A stretch of 64,000 nucleotides of DNA, taken from positions 2,592,001-2,656,000 of the forward strand of contig OZ246001.1 in assembly GCA_965230295.1 (NCBI GenBank). The letters are read 5' to 3'. The first letter of the stretch is position 1, and the number at the start of each line of letters is the position of its first letter. This stretch comes from Marinicella sp. (GTDB taxonomy: Bacteria; Pseudomonadota; Gammaproteobacteria; Xanthomonadales; Marinicellaceae). The translations under genes and the position numbers were made by a program. This document shows, in pieces, positions 10,401 through 19,119 of the stretch. Below the pieces are notes generated by a model that ran no database searches, was not told the DNA's origin, and saw nothing but the letters and a program-made list of their open reading frames with translations.

Positions 10401-13400
10401 TGTCGACTTAGACGAAGATGAGATTTTAGATTTAGAAGCTGAATTGGCAGAATTTGAAGGTGATGAATCAGCCTTGTTGGATGATGAAAGTCTCCAAGTC
10501 AGTGAAGGTGTTGATGAAGTCAGTGAGGATGCGGATGAAGCATTTGATTTGTCAGACCTGGACATTGATGACAGCATGTTATCAGATGATGAGGATGCAG
10601 GTGCGGAAGCGGTTGATGAAGACATCGAAATTCTGATGAACTTGGCAGACGGTGATGAAGAGATATCATTGGATGAAGACCTTGCAGAGTTGGATGTTGA
10701 AGAGTTGTCAGAAGAGTTAGACTTGACCGTTACTGAAGAAGATGCTGATCAATCTTATGACATGGATGTTGATCCGGTATTTGTCGAAATACTACAAAAA
10801 GAAGTCGGTGGGCATTTAACCGAAATGTCACAGTTCGTTTCTGATTGTATGGAAATGGATGAACCAAAGATTAACGATGATTTTGTCAGGGTTGTGCATA
10901 CTTTAAATGGTGCAGCCAGTATGGCCTCAGTGGATGGCATCACTTCAATGACCACTCCATTAGAGAAAATGTCGATCATGATCATGGATCGTGATCAAAG
11001 TTTGAATGAAGAAGACATTTCTCAAATCGAAGCTGTGGTAACCCATGCCAAAAGCCAATTAAACCTATTAGGAACAGGTGAAGTGCCTGTCGATTCAAGC
11101 ATTGGCGAATATTTCGTCTCACGGATCAACGAACTCAACACCACCGTTGAAGAGATTAAAGATGCAGAGGATCTGGCGGTCGAGAGTAATCAATTAGAAG
11201 AGCAAGAACTCACAGTGGATGCCGCAGAAGAAACAGAAGCAGAGGCAGAAGCAGAGGCAGAAGCAGAAGCAGAGGCAGAAGCAGAGGCAGAAGCAGAAGC
11301 AGAGGCAGAGGCAGAAGCAGAAGCAGAAGCAGAAGCAGAGGCAGAGGCAGAAGCAGAAGCAGAAGCAGAAGCAGAAGCAGAAGCAGAAGCAGAAGCAGAA
11401 GCAGAGGCAGAGGCAGAGGCAGAGGCAGAGGCAGAGGCAGAGGCAGAGGCAGAAGCAGAAGCAGAAGCAGAAGCAAAAGCAGATGTAGAAGAAGAGCCTG
11501 TCTCTCAAGAACCAGCACCCGCGCCATTCCAACAAATGGATGAGACAGAGGTGCAAAATACTTTTGATGCCACTGAAGTGGATTTAGATGATGAGCTGTT
11601 AGAAATATTCAGTGAGGAAGCCACGGAAATTTTTGATCGAGCTGATCATTTATTGGCAGAGTTAGAGGAAAAACCGGACAGTTCTAACATCATTCAAGCC
11701 TTACAGCGTGATTTGCACACCCTGAAAGGTGGTGCAAGAATGGCTGGATTGAACCAAATCGGTGATTTATCACACCAGTTGGAGTCACTGTTTGAATCGA
11801 TTGCAGAAACCAATTCAGAAGTAACATCAGATCAACATGAAGTGATGTCACAAATCATGCATAAACTACATGGCATGGTGAACTCAGATGATTATGGATT
11901 AACCACCAGTATTGAGACAGAAACAAAACAACTGGAGGGCATACTGTCTTCTGATGGTGGTGAGATCAAAGAAAAATCCAAGCTGGATGAAGAGTTCTTT
12001 GATCCGTTGGCACAGGTTGATTCACCGCTGGAAGATACCGGAACGGAATCAGTTGAAGAGACTGTGGTACAGAAGAAGAAAGCCAATGTGTTATCTGGCG
12101 GTCAAATTAAAGTAAATTCAGAGTTGCTTGATAAACTGGTGAACTTCGCTGGTGAGGTAAGTATTTACCGGTCGCGAATGGAACAGCAATCAGCTGAGTT
12201 AAAACTGAACATTGATGAGCTGGAAAATACGGTTGAAAGGGTGCGTCGCCAATTGCGTGAATTAGAGCATGAAACTGAAGCACAAATTATTTCAAATTAC
12301 CAAATGGAAGGTGATGAGTTAGAAGAAGACTTTGATCCATTGGAATTAGACCAATTTTCTACCATCCAACAATTATCACGATCGTTGTCGGAGTCGGTAT
12401 CGGATTTAACCAACATTCAGGCCTATTTACAGGAGTCAGCACGATCTTCTGAGACCTTATTGGTGCAGCAATCTCGGGTAAATACAGAGTTGCAAGAAGG
12501 ATTGATGGAAACTCGATTGGTGACATTCAATTCTTTGGTACCGCGACTGAGGCGGGTATTGCGGACGGCCGGACAAGAACTGAGCAAGAAAGCTAAATTG
12601 ACCGTAAAAGGTGCTGAAGGTGAAATGGACAAAACAGTTCTTGAAGGTATTCAAGCACCCTTAGAGCACATGATTCGTAATGCCATGGTGCATGGAATCG
12701 AAGAAAATCGCAAGAAAGCCAAAAAGCCAGATCAGGGTTCCATCGTCATAGAACTGAGTCGAGAAGCCACCGAGGTGGTGATCACAGTTTCTGATGACGG
12801 TTCCGGCATCAACACCAAGGTGTTGAAGAAAAAAGCTTTGGATAGAGGCATCATTGATAAAAACGACAAGCTGTCAGATGAAGAAATTGCCCAACTGATC
12901 ATTCATTCCGGGTTGTCAGCGGCTGATGAAGTCACCAAACTTGCCGGACGTGGTGTAGGCATGGATGTGGTGAACAACGAAATTAAACGGTTGGGTGGTA
13001 GTATTGAAATCGTCTCAGAGCAGGGCAAAGGCACCACATTTGTGATTCGCTTACCTTATACGCTGGCATTGACGCAAGCCATCATCGTTCAAGTGGCAGA
13101 TCACCGATACGCGATTCCAGCTTCAGGTGTACAAGGTTTGATTCGAATGAACATTGATGAATTCAGACGCCGTATATTGGAAAATGATTTGGGCTATGAC
13201 TATGCCGGTGAACAATACCAAATTCAAGAATTGAACAAGCTGCTCTCAGTGGATTCTGAGGCCATGATTGAAGGTAATCAAGTACCATTGGTGATGATCA
13301 AATCTGGTGATCAGGGCGTTGCCTTGCGGGTCGATCAAACCTTCGGTGGTCGGGAAATCGTGGTTAAATCAGTCGGTACCCAAGTGGCATCAGTCCCTGG

Positions 13401-13917
13401 TATATTCGGTGCAACCATTCTGGGTGATGGTGCAGTTGTTTTGATTCTTGACATCATCCCCATGCACAGGGCCTTCTTACAAAAAATGGAGAAAATGGAA
13501 GCCGAAGGTGTACAAGTGGTTGAAGAGCTTGAAGAAGATCGCTTGACGACCATTATGGTGGTGGATGATTCGATTACAATGCGCCGTGCTGGTGAGCGTA
13601 TGTTAACCAGGAATGAATTCGAGGTGATGACTGCTAAAGATGGTTTGGATGCTTTGAATAAACTACAGGAACAAAAACCTGATTTGATGTTGTTGGATAT
13701 CGAAATGCCTCGAATGGACGGTTTTGAATTGGCAACCAACATGAAGGCTTCTGAAAAATTCAAAGACATACCTATCATCATGATCACATCACGTACCGGT
13801 CAGAAACACAAAGACCGCGCCAAAGAAATTGGTGTTGAAAGGTATTTAGGTAAGCCGTATCAAGAAATTGAATTGTTAGAAAACATCAAAGATTTGTTGC
13901 AATTAGAAGATGCATGA
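7447..13917 (+). CDS. chpA: CheA-like hybrid kinase ChpA (multiple Hpt, HATPase, CheW, receiver)
   Basis: N-terminus WVKTELDETL...LHQIQGTL; Hpt motifs FHTLKGSGR, VHTLNGAA, LHTLKGGAR; HATPase EHMIRNAMVHG, DDGSG, GRGVGMDVV; CheW domain; C-terminal receiver LLDIEMPRMDG. Confidence 0.95.
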   Translation: MSNIEQIDFSTLTWVKTELDETLNRAKEALKAYVEDSEDTNQLQFCVTYLHQIQGTLKMVELYGAAMVAEEMEWVAKDLIDGKITDDDAAYEVLMQSILQLPDYLERIELGHKDVPIVLLPLVNDLRAVRSQKLLSESALFNPNLELGVPDRINENDVSLKGNQLKTALLKIRSIYQIALLNWIRNGDDSKGLNNMQLVISKLQMILSQQYLKQLFWAFSGVIEGLVSKTIDDSFSVKQIAGKVDHLIKELIDGSPHTKSSSRAITRNMLYYIAISEESGRMAKEIKEFFNLSQFIPDQDEIKHAEGSLSGKNKELLQTVSEAINDDVLVVQESLDLFIRNKSAQVDELAPLLENLQKIGDTLGILGLGVARESVNEHQGKLKELVDNNTRPSDDELLDVAKTLLQIESQLGDHIQSLGVADESISEDQDAIPKSEQKAILQQLAKESIINLQQIKTNFVAFIESPWDKNQVKDNPRLLKDIAGAMKILNLSEAGRHLDQIISYVNEDILGKKSKPSAMQLEQLATVISSLEYYLENLDQGKRIRDSLLSEVGVQIEQLQHQASQETDRPDEDEPAVNEEATEEVSETVEDEEETVTEEASEDQATVESAEAGEEQGADTDTETGAQAEESTAEEVIEASTLVVDFGDDVDEEIKEVFLEEFEEELANMKERHSSWKEDPEENADKLVEIRRIFHTLKGSGRLVGAEAIGEFGWQLENMCNRLLDGGINHSTDFREVLSSGVEMADGLFTALQEKSTVPAGYNTVLQNAENVSNGSPLVTAIEVVKDSEDELAEAADTAEEMIDESVVDEVVEDSAEAVVEEAEEVAENVEEAATEDDQEELETEELQLEDLELDESELEEAEVPVDEATDVEVTSEEDPVEEDADEDSEEDLSLDFVQYDLEELQEEAAEEQAAEEQAEEAESQDEDVEAEEAEEDMALEFDLGDISLDLGEDIEPEQESEEAADVAEEQSEEVAETAELVSSDVDLDEDEILDLEAELAEFEGDESALLDDESLQVSEGVDEVSEDADEAFDLSDLDIDDSMLSDDEDAGAEAVDEDIEILMNLADGDEEISLDEDLAELDVEELSEELDLTVTEEDADQSYDMDVDPVFVEILQKEVGGHLTEMSQFVSDCMEMDEPKINDDFVRVVHTLNGAASMASVDGITSMTTPLEKMSIMIMDRDQSLNEEDISQIEAVVTHAKSQLNLLGTGEVPVDSSIGEYFVSRINELNTTVEEIKDAEDLAVESNQLEEQELTVDAAEETEAEAEAEAEAEAEAEAEAEAEAEAEAEAEAEAEAEAEAEAEAEAEAEAEAEAEAEAEAEAEAEAEAEAEAEAEAEAEAEAKADVEEEPVSQEPAPAPFQQMDETEVQNTFDATEVDLDDELLEIFSEEATEIFDRADHLLAELEEKPDSSNIIQALQRDLHTLKGGARMAGLNQIGDLSHQLESLFESIAETNSEVTSDQHEVMSQIMHKLHGMVNSDDYGLTTSIETETKQLEGILSSDGGEIKEKSKLDEEFFDPLAQVDSPLEDTGTESVEETVVQKKKANVLSGGQIKVNSELLDKLVNFAGEVSIYRSRMEQQSAELKLNIDELENTVERVRRQLRELEHETEAQIISNYQMEGDELEEDFDPLELDQFSTIQQLSRSLSESVSDLTNIQAYLQESARSSETLLVQQSRVNTELQEGLMETRLVTFNSLVPRLRRVLRTAGQELSKKAKLTVKGAEGEMDKTVLEGIQAPLEHMIRNAMVHGIEENRKKAKKPDQGSIVIELSREATEVVITVSDDGSGINTKVLKKKALDRGIIDKNDKLSDEEIAQLIIHSGLSAADEVTKLAGRGVGMDVVNNEIKRLGGSIEIVSEQGKGTTFVIRLPYTLALTQAIIVQVADHRYAIPASGVQGLIRMNIDEFRRRILENDLGYDYAGEQYQIQELNKLLSVDSEAMIEGNQVPLVMIKSGDQGVALRVDQTFGGREIVVKSVGTQVASVPGIFGATILGDGAVVLILDIIPMHRAFLQKMEKMEAEGVQVVEELEEDRLTTIMVVDDSITMRRAGERMLTRNEFEVMTAKDGLDALNKLQEQKPDLMLLDIEMPRMDGFELATNMKASEKFKDIPIIMITSRTGQKHKDRAKEIGVERYLGKPYQEIELLENIKDLLQLEDA
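11239..11472 (+). repeat. In-frame hexanucleotide tandem repeat (GCAGAR)x39 encoding (Ala-Glu)n inside chpA
   Basis: 234 nt made only of GCAGAA/GCAGAG units, read directly from the sequence. Confidence 0.97.
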
Positions 13918-14860
13918 TCAACGAGTTGTTGGCCTGATACATATTGGTGAACATCAACCATCAGCTCAGTTTTTGATCAGCCAACTAGAAACGACAGGTT
14001 ACCTGGTCAAACAGTATGATCCTGATGAGATCGAAGACTTAGATACTGAGATTCAGACGTATATTCTGAATTTATATGACAACGAGGTGAATATTGATGC
14101 TTTGATTCATCACTTGAATGATCAAAACGCCAAGATCATCTTTAATGATGCCAGAATTTCAAATGAGCTTGTTGGCTGGAATAAAAATCGCTGGCTCAGG
14201 CACGTGCTGCATAAAATTGACCAGGCCAATGACATTTTGCCCAAGGCAGTATCTGCAGATGAGGACAGTGTTTCTGGTATTGATTTAACAGCACATGGCA
14301 TCAAATCTGTTTGGATTTTAGCAGCATCAATAGGTGGGCCTGAGTCCCTGCTTAAGTTTCTGTCTGAATTCGAAGGTGATGAGCCTTTGTTGTTTCTGAT
14401 TGTGCAACATATGGACAGTGAGTTTGTCAGTATGATGCAAAAACAGTTGGATAAGAATGGTCAAATACCTGTTAAATTGGGACAGGCTGGTGATACAGTC
14501 GGTGCCGGTCAGGCCATTTTGGTGCCAGTAGACGAAGATTTGATTTTGAACTCTAATGCCACTTTAGGCGTTAAAGACATCAACCCAAATCGCATGTCTA
14601 CACCTTGTATCGATGATGTTTGTTTCGATATGTTAGAAAATTTGAATAAAGTGAATATGGCTGTTTTCAGTGGGATGGCCAAAGATGGCATCATAGGAGC
14701 CACCAATGTATTTGAGAATGGTGGAAAGGTCATCACTCAGTCAGCAGAAAGTTGTGTGGTGTCTGCCATCGCTGAAGAAATAAGAAACTTGAATATGTCA
14801 TTGTTTGACGGTGAACCCGCAGCCATGGCACAATATATAAAAGAATCCCTGGTGGATTAG
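13910..14860 (+). CDS. chpB: CheB-like methylesterase ChpB
   Basis: Catalytic-triad motifs AASIGGP (Ser), VQHM (His), SGMAKDG (Asp). Degenerate N-terminal receiver-like region. Overlaps the chpA stop. Confidence 0.85.
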   Translation: MHDQRVVGLIHIGEHQPSAQFLISQLETTGYLVKQYDPDEIEDLDTEIQTYILNLYDNEVNIDALIHHLNDQNAKIIFNDARISNELVGWNKNRWLRHVLHKIDQANDILPKAVSADEDSVSGIDLTAHGIKSVWILAASIGGPESLLKFLSEFEGDEPLLFLIVQHMDSEFVSMMQKQLDKNGQIPVKLGQAGDTVGAGQAILVPVDEDLILNSNATLGVKDINPNRMSTPCIDDVCFDMLENLNKVNMAVFSGMAKDGIIGATNVFENGGKVITQSAESCVVSAIAEEIRNLNMSLFDGEPAAMAQYIKESLVD

Positions 14861-14869
14861 GAAAGCAAT

Positions 14870-15337
14870 ATGTCAAATGAAATTCGTGCGGTATTGATAC
14901 CGATTGAAGAAGACCGAAAATTACTGTTACCCAATGCCATGGTTGCTGAAGTTTTGGGCATGCGCAGCATTGAAAACACCAATCAAGATGTGGATTGGAT
15001 GTTGGGTACGGTGTCATGGCGTGGTTGGGAAATTCCTTTGATTGACTTTGCAGTTCTGACTGGTGCCGATGCAGAAACAGACATCAATACATCGTATAAT
15101 TTGGCTGTATTAAAAAGCATCAACCACCCAGAAGACATGCCCTATTTTGCCGTATTGTCGCGCGGCATTCCAAAATTACAATTGGTATCGCGTGGTGACA
15201 TGCAGTTGCATGAACAAAAGAAAATCAACCACAATGCCATTGCGTCTTTGGTGTCTATTCAAGATGAGATGGCAGATATTCCTAACATGAATTATTTGGA
15301 AACCAACCTCATATCCATCACTCAGTCTGCGGCTTAA
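14870..15337 (+). CDS. chpC: CheW-like protein ChpC
   Basis: LLLPNAMVAEV, WMLGTVSWRGWEIPLI, GIPKL. Last gene of the Pil-Chp operon. Confidence 0.88.
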   Translation: MSNEIRAVLIPIEEDRKLLLPNAMVAEVLGMRSIENTNQDVDWMLGTVSWRGWEIPLIDFAVLTGADAETDINTSYNLAVLKSINHPEDMPYFAVLSRGIPKLQLVSRGDMQLHEQKKINHNAIASLVSIQDEMADIPNMNYLETNLISITQSAA

Positions 15338-16064
15338 AATCGCCGTACAAACTGTGCAGCGCTGACATGATCACCGGGGCAACTGTCTCAGTGCGCAACA
15401 CGCGTTGACCGAGTTGTACCCCCAAATACTTCGCTGCTTCAAAGGCCTCAATTTCAGGAGGAGAAAAACCACCTTCCGGTCCAATAAAGACGCATTGATT
15501 TACCTGCATGTGACCAGGCAGTTGGTTGATGTGTGTAGCTGCACCAGGCTCCAAATAAATGGCTTCTGCTGTATTTGAGATCACTTGGGAAAGATTTAAG
15601 ATGGGCGTCACCTGCATCAGATCAGCTCGACCCGATTGTTCACAAGCACTGACAGCTACTGCCTGCCAATGGGCATGTTTCTTGGCCTGTTTGTGGCTGG
15701 GTATTTTGTGAGAACAAAAATCAGTTAACACCGGCTGCATCAATTGACAGCCCAATTCTGCAGCTTTCTGGATGCTGTAATCCATACGATCACTGCTACT
15801 GATGCCTTGTACCAAGGTGGTATTTAATGTGGACGGTTTGGGTTGTGATGTGATGGCTTCGACTTGATTAAGCGTTACATCATGTTTATTGATGGCCGAA
15901 ATGGTGCCTTGGTATTCGGTGCCTGACGGAGTAAAAAAATTAAGTTTTTGGCCACATTTATTGCGTAAAACATTGCGGATGTAATGGGCTTTGTCACCAT
16001 GAATGGTGATGCATTGTTGAATTTGCTTGGGTTCAAGGGGAAGGTAAATTCTCGAAATTCTCAT
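15318..16064 (-). CDS. rsmE: 16S rRNA m3U1498 methyltransferase
   Basis: HYIRNVLR, IQKAAELG, ACEQSGR, IGPEGGF, LGQRVLRTETVA. Confidence 0.95.
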   Translation of the reverse strand: MRISRIYLPLEPKQIQQCITIHGDKAHYIRNVLRNKCGQKLNFFTPSGTEYQGTISAINKHDVTLNQVEAITSQPKPSTLNTTLVQGISSSDRMDYSIQKAAELGCQLMQPVLTDFCSHKIPSHKQAKKHAHWQAVAVSACEQSGRADLMQVTPILNLSQVISNTAEAIYLEPGAATHINQLPGHMQVNQCVFIGPEGGFSPPEIEAFEAAKYLGVQLGQRVLRTETVAPVIMSALHSLYGDFKPQTE

Positions 16065-16145
16065 ATCGGGTCAATAAATCAGCAGTGCATGGCAGTAGGA
16101 AATGAAATGACATATAATCTTAACCCAAAAACAAGATTGCGAAAC

Positions 16146-16592
16146 ATGAATAAAGTAAATAAATTCAACCCAAGAAAACAATCCAACAACGGTTTTACTT
16201 TGATGGAAATTTTGATTGTTGTGGTCATCCTCAGCATCTTGGCCATCACTGTGGTGCCTCAATTTCTGGACTCTCCTGATACTGCCAGAGTCGCCAGGGC
16301 CCAAGCTGATGTTAAAAACCTGGAAACGGCAATGAGTATGTATAAACTGGATAATTTCAACTTTCCCAGTACTTCACAAGGCATTCAGGCCTTGGTACAG
16401 AAGCCTTCTGGCACCCCAGAAGCGAAAAACTGGAAGCCGGGCGGTTATTTGTCCAAATTACCCAACGACCCATGGGACAACCCCTACCAATACTTGAATC
16501 CGGGTAACAATGGTGTGATTGACATCTATTCATTTGGTGCTGATGGTCAACCTGGTGGTGAAGGCTTGGATGCAGACATTGGCAATTGGTGA
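16146..16592 (+). CDS. gspG: Type II secretion major pseudopilin GspG
   Basis: Prepilin site GF|TLMEILIVVVIL; MYKLDNFNFPST; DPWDNPYQY; SFGADGQPGGEGLDADIGNW. Start placed at ATG 16146. Confidence 0.95.
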   Translation: MNKVNKFNPRKQSNNGFTLMEILIVVVILSILAITVVPQFLDSPDTARVARAQADVKNLETAMSMYKLDNFNFPSTSQGIQALVQKPSGTPEAKNWKPGGYLSKLPNDPWDNPYQYLNPGNNGVIDIYSFGADGQPGGEGLDADIGNW

Positions 16593-17119
16593 TGCCGATC
16601 GGCGGTCAATGTTCGACTTCTGTCATGAGAGCCACAGGATTTACCTTACTTGAAATTCTTTTGGTGGTGCTGATTATCGGTATCATGACAGTGGCTGGTG
16701 CCAACTTGATCAACAGCCAATCAATAGAACGTGTGATCATGAATCAGGCCAAACAATTTGAAACCAATTTACAGTACATTTGTGAGAAAGCAGTGTTTGA
16801 GAATCAGGCATTTGGTATTGAATGGCATGAAAGTGGTTACCAAGTACTGCGCTACCAACAAGCCAGTTGGTTAGCGGTTGAACAACAAGCAACGCAGTTG
16901 CCTGAGCAAGTAGACAGCATACTTTTACTTGATGGCTATCCCCAGAAACTGTCCGTTGAAGCAGAAAATATACCGCACATCATTTGTCAAACCGATGGTT
17001 CGATCAATACTTTTGAATGGCGTTTGTCTGTCAGTAACAATCCGACCAATGACAAAACTCATTATTCACTGCGCAGTTCGTCTCCATGGGAATTGACAGG
17101 AGGCTGGCATCAACCCTAA
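16592..17119 (+). CDS. gspH: Type II secretion minor pseudopilin GspH
   Basis: GFTLLEILLVVLIIG prepilin motif. TGATG coupling with gspG. Confidence 0.85.
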   Translation: MPIGGQCSTSVMRATGFTLLEILLVVLIIGIMTVAGANLINSQSIERVIMNQAKQFETNLQYICEKAVFENQAFGIEWHESGYQVLRYQQASWLAVEQQATQLPEQVDSILLLDGYPQKLSVEAENIPHIICQTDGSINTFEWRLSVSNNPTNDKTHYSLRSSSPWELTGGWHQP

Positions 17120-17120
17120 A

Positions 17121-17477
17121 GTGCACAAAGGGTTCACCCTATTAGAGGTCATGTTGGCTTTGACGATTGTCAGTATTGGCATCATGGCATTGGTCCAATC
17201 TGCCCAAACTGGAGCCCAAACAACCACAGCATTGCAACAAAAAACGGGTGCCTACCACGTTGCAGATCAAGTGATGATGGTGTTGTATCAAAGACCTGGT
17301 TTACAGTTGGGCAGTCATCGGGGTGAAGAATTATTTGCCGGTCAGACTTACTACTGGCAAGCAGAATTGAAAACCACTGATAACATTCGCATCAATCGAA
17401 TTGATTTAATGGTGGGCTTGGATCGAAAATTAGATTATGCCGATGCACGTTTGACTGGATTCAGGAAGCGACAGTGA
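17121..17477 (+). CDS. gspI: Type II secretion minor pseudopilin GspI
   Basis: GFTLLEVMLALTI, 118 aa, C-terminal ARLTGF. Gene order. Confidence 0.88.
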   Translation: MHKGFTLLEVMLALTIVSIGIMALVQSAQTGAQTTTALQQKTGAYHVADQVMMVLYQRPGLQLGSHRGEELFAGQTYYWQAELKTTDNIRINRIDLMVGLDRKLDYADARLTGFRKRQ

Positions 17478-17478
17478 G

Positions 17479-18135
17479 ATGGTAAATTTACACAGAAAAA
17501 ATCAATCCGGCATGACCTTGTTAGAGGTTTTGGTGGCGACTTCAATACTGGCAGTGATTGCCAGCTTGGCTTTTGTTAGCCTGGACAATCTGGCAGGTTC
17601 TAAGCAAACCCTTGATGCCAAAACCAAACAACTGAATCAAGCCAACCTGGCTCAATATATTTTACAAACAGATTTACAAATGGCAGTAGGAAGTGTGGCT
17701 CCCTTACCATCAAATACCCCCAATGAATTTGTGGGCAGCAGTCAGGGGTTCTCTTTGGTCAGATACCGCAATGCCCTGGTCCAATCAGGCAGAAGCTCAA
17801 AACGCCAAACCAGTCAGTATACAAGGGGCAGTCAACTGCAAGATCAACCGATGATACGGGTCAGGTGGTACATGCGTAACAACCAGTGGTTTCGAGCCAC
17901 TCAAAGTGCATTCAGTCCTGTGAATAGTAATCAATGGTCTGAACGCCCCATGATGACTTTGAAGTCTTTGAATTGCAGTTACCAAAATGTGGCCGGATTG
18001 ATACAGCCCAGTTGGCCAAACAGTCCCATTGAGCAGGGCAAACTTCCAGAATTAATCAGTTGTCAGATACATTCAGATGAAGACCTCAAGAGTGTCATCA
18101 AGGTGGTACCTTGGCAAAAAATGGGATTCCTGTGA
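17479..18135 (+). CDS. gspJ: Type II secretion minor pseudopilin GspJ
   Basis: GMTLLEVLVATSILAVI, LQTDLQMA, RVRWY, LPELI. Gene order. Confidence 0.85.
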   Translation: MVNLHRKNQSGMTLLEVLVATSILAVIASLAFVSLDNLAGSKQTLDAKTKQLNQANLAQYILQTDLQMAVGSVAPLPSNTPNEFVGSSQGFSLVRYRNALVQSGRSSKRQTSQYTRGSQLQDQPMIRVRWYMRNNQWFRATQSAFSPVNSNQWSERPMMTLKSLNCSYQNVAGLIQPSWPNSPIEQGKLPELISCQIHSDEDLKSVIKVVPWQKMGFL

Positions 18136-18143
18136 GGCAATCA

Positions 18144-19115
18144 ATGCAGGACAATCAAGGCATGGCCTTATTGATGGCATTGGTGATGTTGGCCATAGCC
18201 AGCACCTTAGCCGTAAGTATTTGGTATAACAGTCAATTGTCGGTGGCCAGAATCAACAACTTACAACAAACTTACCAAGCCAAGCATTACAGCCAAGGCA
18301 TGTTGTTGTGGGCCAGTGATCTGTTGCGAGAAGATTATGCTCAAGACGAATACACCCATGACAGTTCATTGGATGCTTGGCAGCAAGTTATCCAGGGCAT
18401 GTTGGTTGAAGATGCCATTTTATCAGGCACTTTGGTTGGTTTAAGTGGCCGTTTCAATGTCAATAATGTGGTCATTAATGGGGTGCAGAACTCTGATCAG
18501 TTGGCTTATTTACGTCGTTTGTTAATGGCCCTCGAATTGGATGTGAACATAGCTGCAAAAATCATTGATTGGATCGACACCGATCAGGTACCCGAACCCA
18601 ATGGCGCTGAAGATTTTATCTATTTGGCCAAAAGCCCAGCTTATCAAACCAGTGGCGGCCCCTTTCGACACATCGAAGAACTGGCGTTGTTGGATGGCAT
18701 GGATGCAGAAACGCATCAAATTCTGTCACAATATTTAGTGGCTTTACCCCCGATAAACGATCAACCCACTCGAATGAACGTTAACACCATGCCACCAGTG
18801 ATGATCAAAGCTCTGAGTCCATTAATCAGCAATGATATGGCAGTGCGCTTATACCAAAGCGGCCAAGCTGACTTTTTACGATTGGAAGATTTTTTTACGC
18901 ATGAGTCGATCAGGTACAAATTGAACGATGATGTTAAACAATCGATCAGGCCCATGTTGAGTGTGCAGACCCGTCATTTCCAAGCCAGTGCTTTGGTGCA
19001 AATGGAAGCCAGCAGTTTTGTGATGTACGCCATGCTCAATCGAAGAACAGATGGCAGCGCTCGGGTCATAAGTCGTTCATTAAGTCCATATATGCCCAAT
19101 CCTTTGGTAAACTAA
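18144..19115 (+). CDS. gspK: Type II secretion minor pseudopilin GspK
   Basis: GMALLMALVML (no Glu5, as typical of GspK), GRFNVNN, IIDWIDTD, GAEDFIY, MNVNT. Start could also be GTG 18132. Confidence 0.92.
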   Translation: MQDNQGMALLMALVMLAIASTLAVSIWYNSQLSVARINNLQQTYQAKHYSQGMLLWASDLLREDYAQDEYTHDSSLDAWQQVIQGMLVEDAILSGTLVGLSGRFNVNNVVINGVQNSDQLAYLRRLLMALELDVNIAAKIIDWIDTDQVPEPNGAEDFIYLAKSPAYQTSGGPFRHIEELALLDGMDAETHQILSQYLVALPPINDQPTRMNVNTMPPVMIKALSPLISNDMAVRLYQSGQADFLRLEDFFTHESIRYKLNDDVKQSIRPMLSVQTRHFQASALVQMEASSFVMYAMLNRRTDGSARVISRSLSPYMPNPLVN

Positions 19116-19119
19116 GCCC

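Noticed and set aside
11239-11472. Repeat tract as a CRISPR array
   Set aside because: 6-nt tandem units with no spacers, inside a CDS, and no cas genes in the window.
11194-11556. Poly-Leu/Pro, (Cys-Phe/Leu)n and (Gln-Lys/Arg)n ORFs
   Set aside because: Alternative-frame and antisense readings of the GCAGAR repeat inside chpA; no independent start signals.
15984-16145. N-terminal extension of the GspG ORF (similarly for the efp, hppA, tkt, tsf, cdsA and lipase ORFs)
   Set aside because: Longest-ORF artefacts; downstream ATGs fit SD position and family N-termini better.
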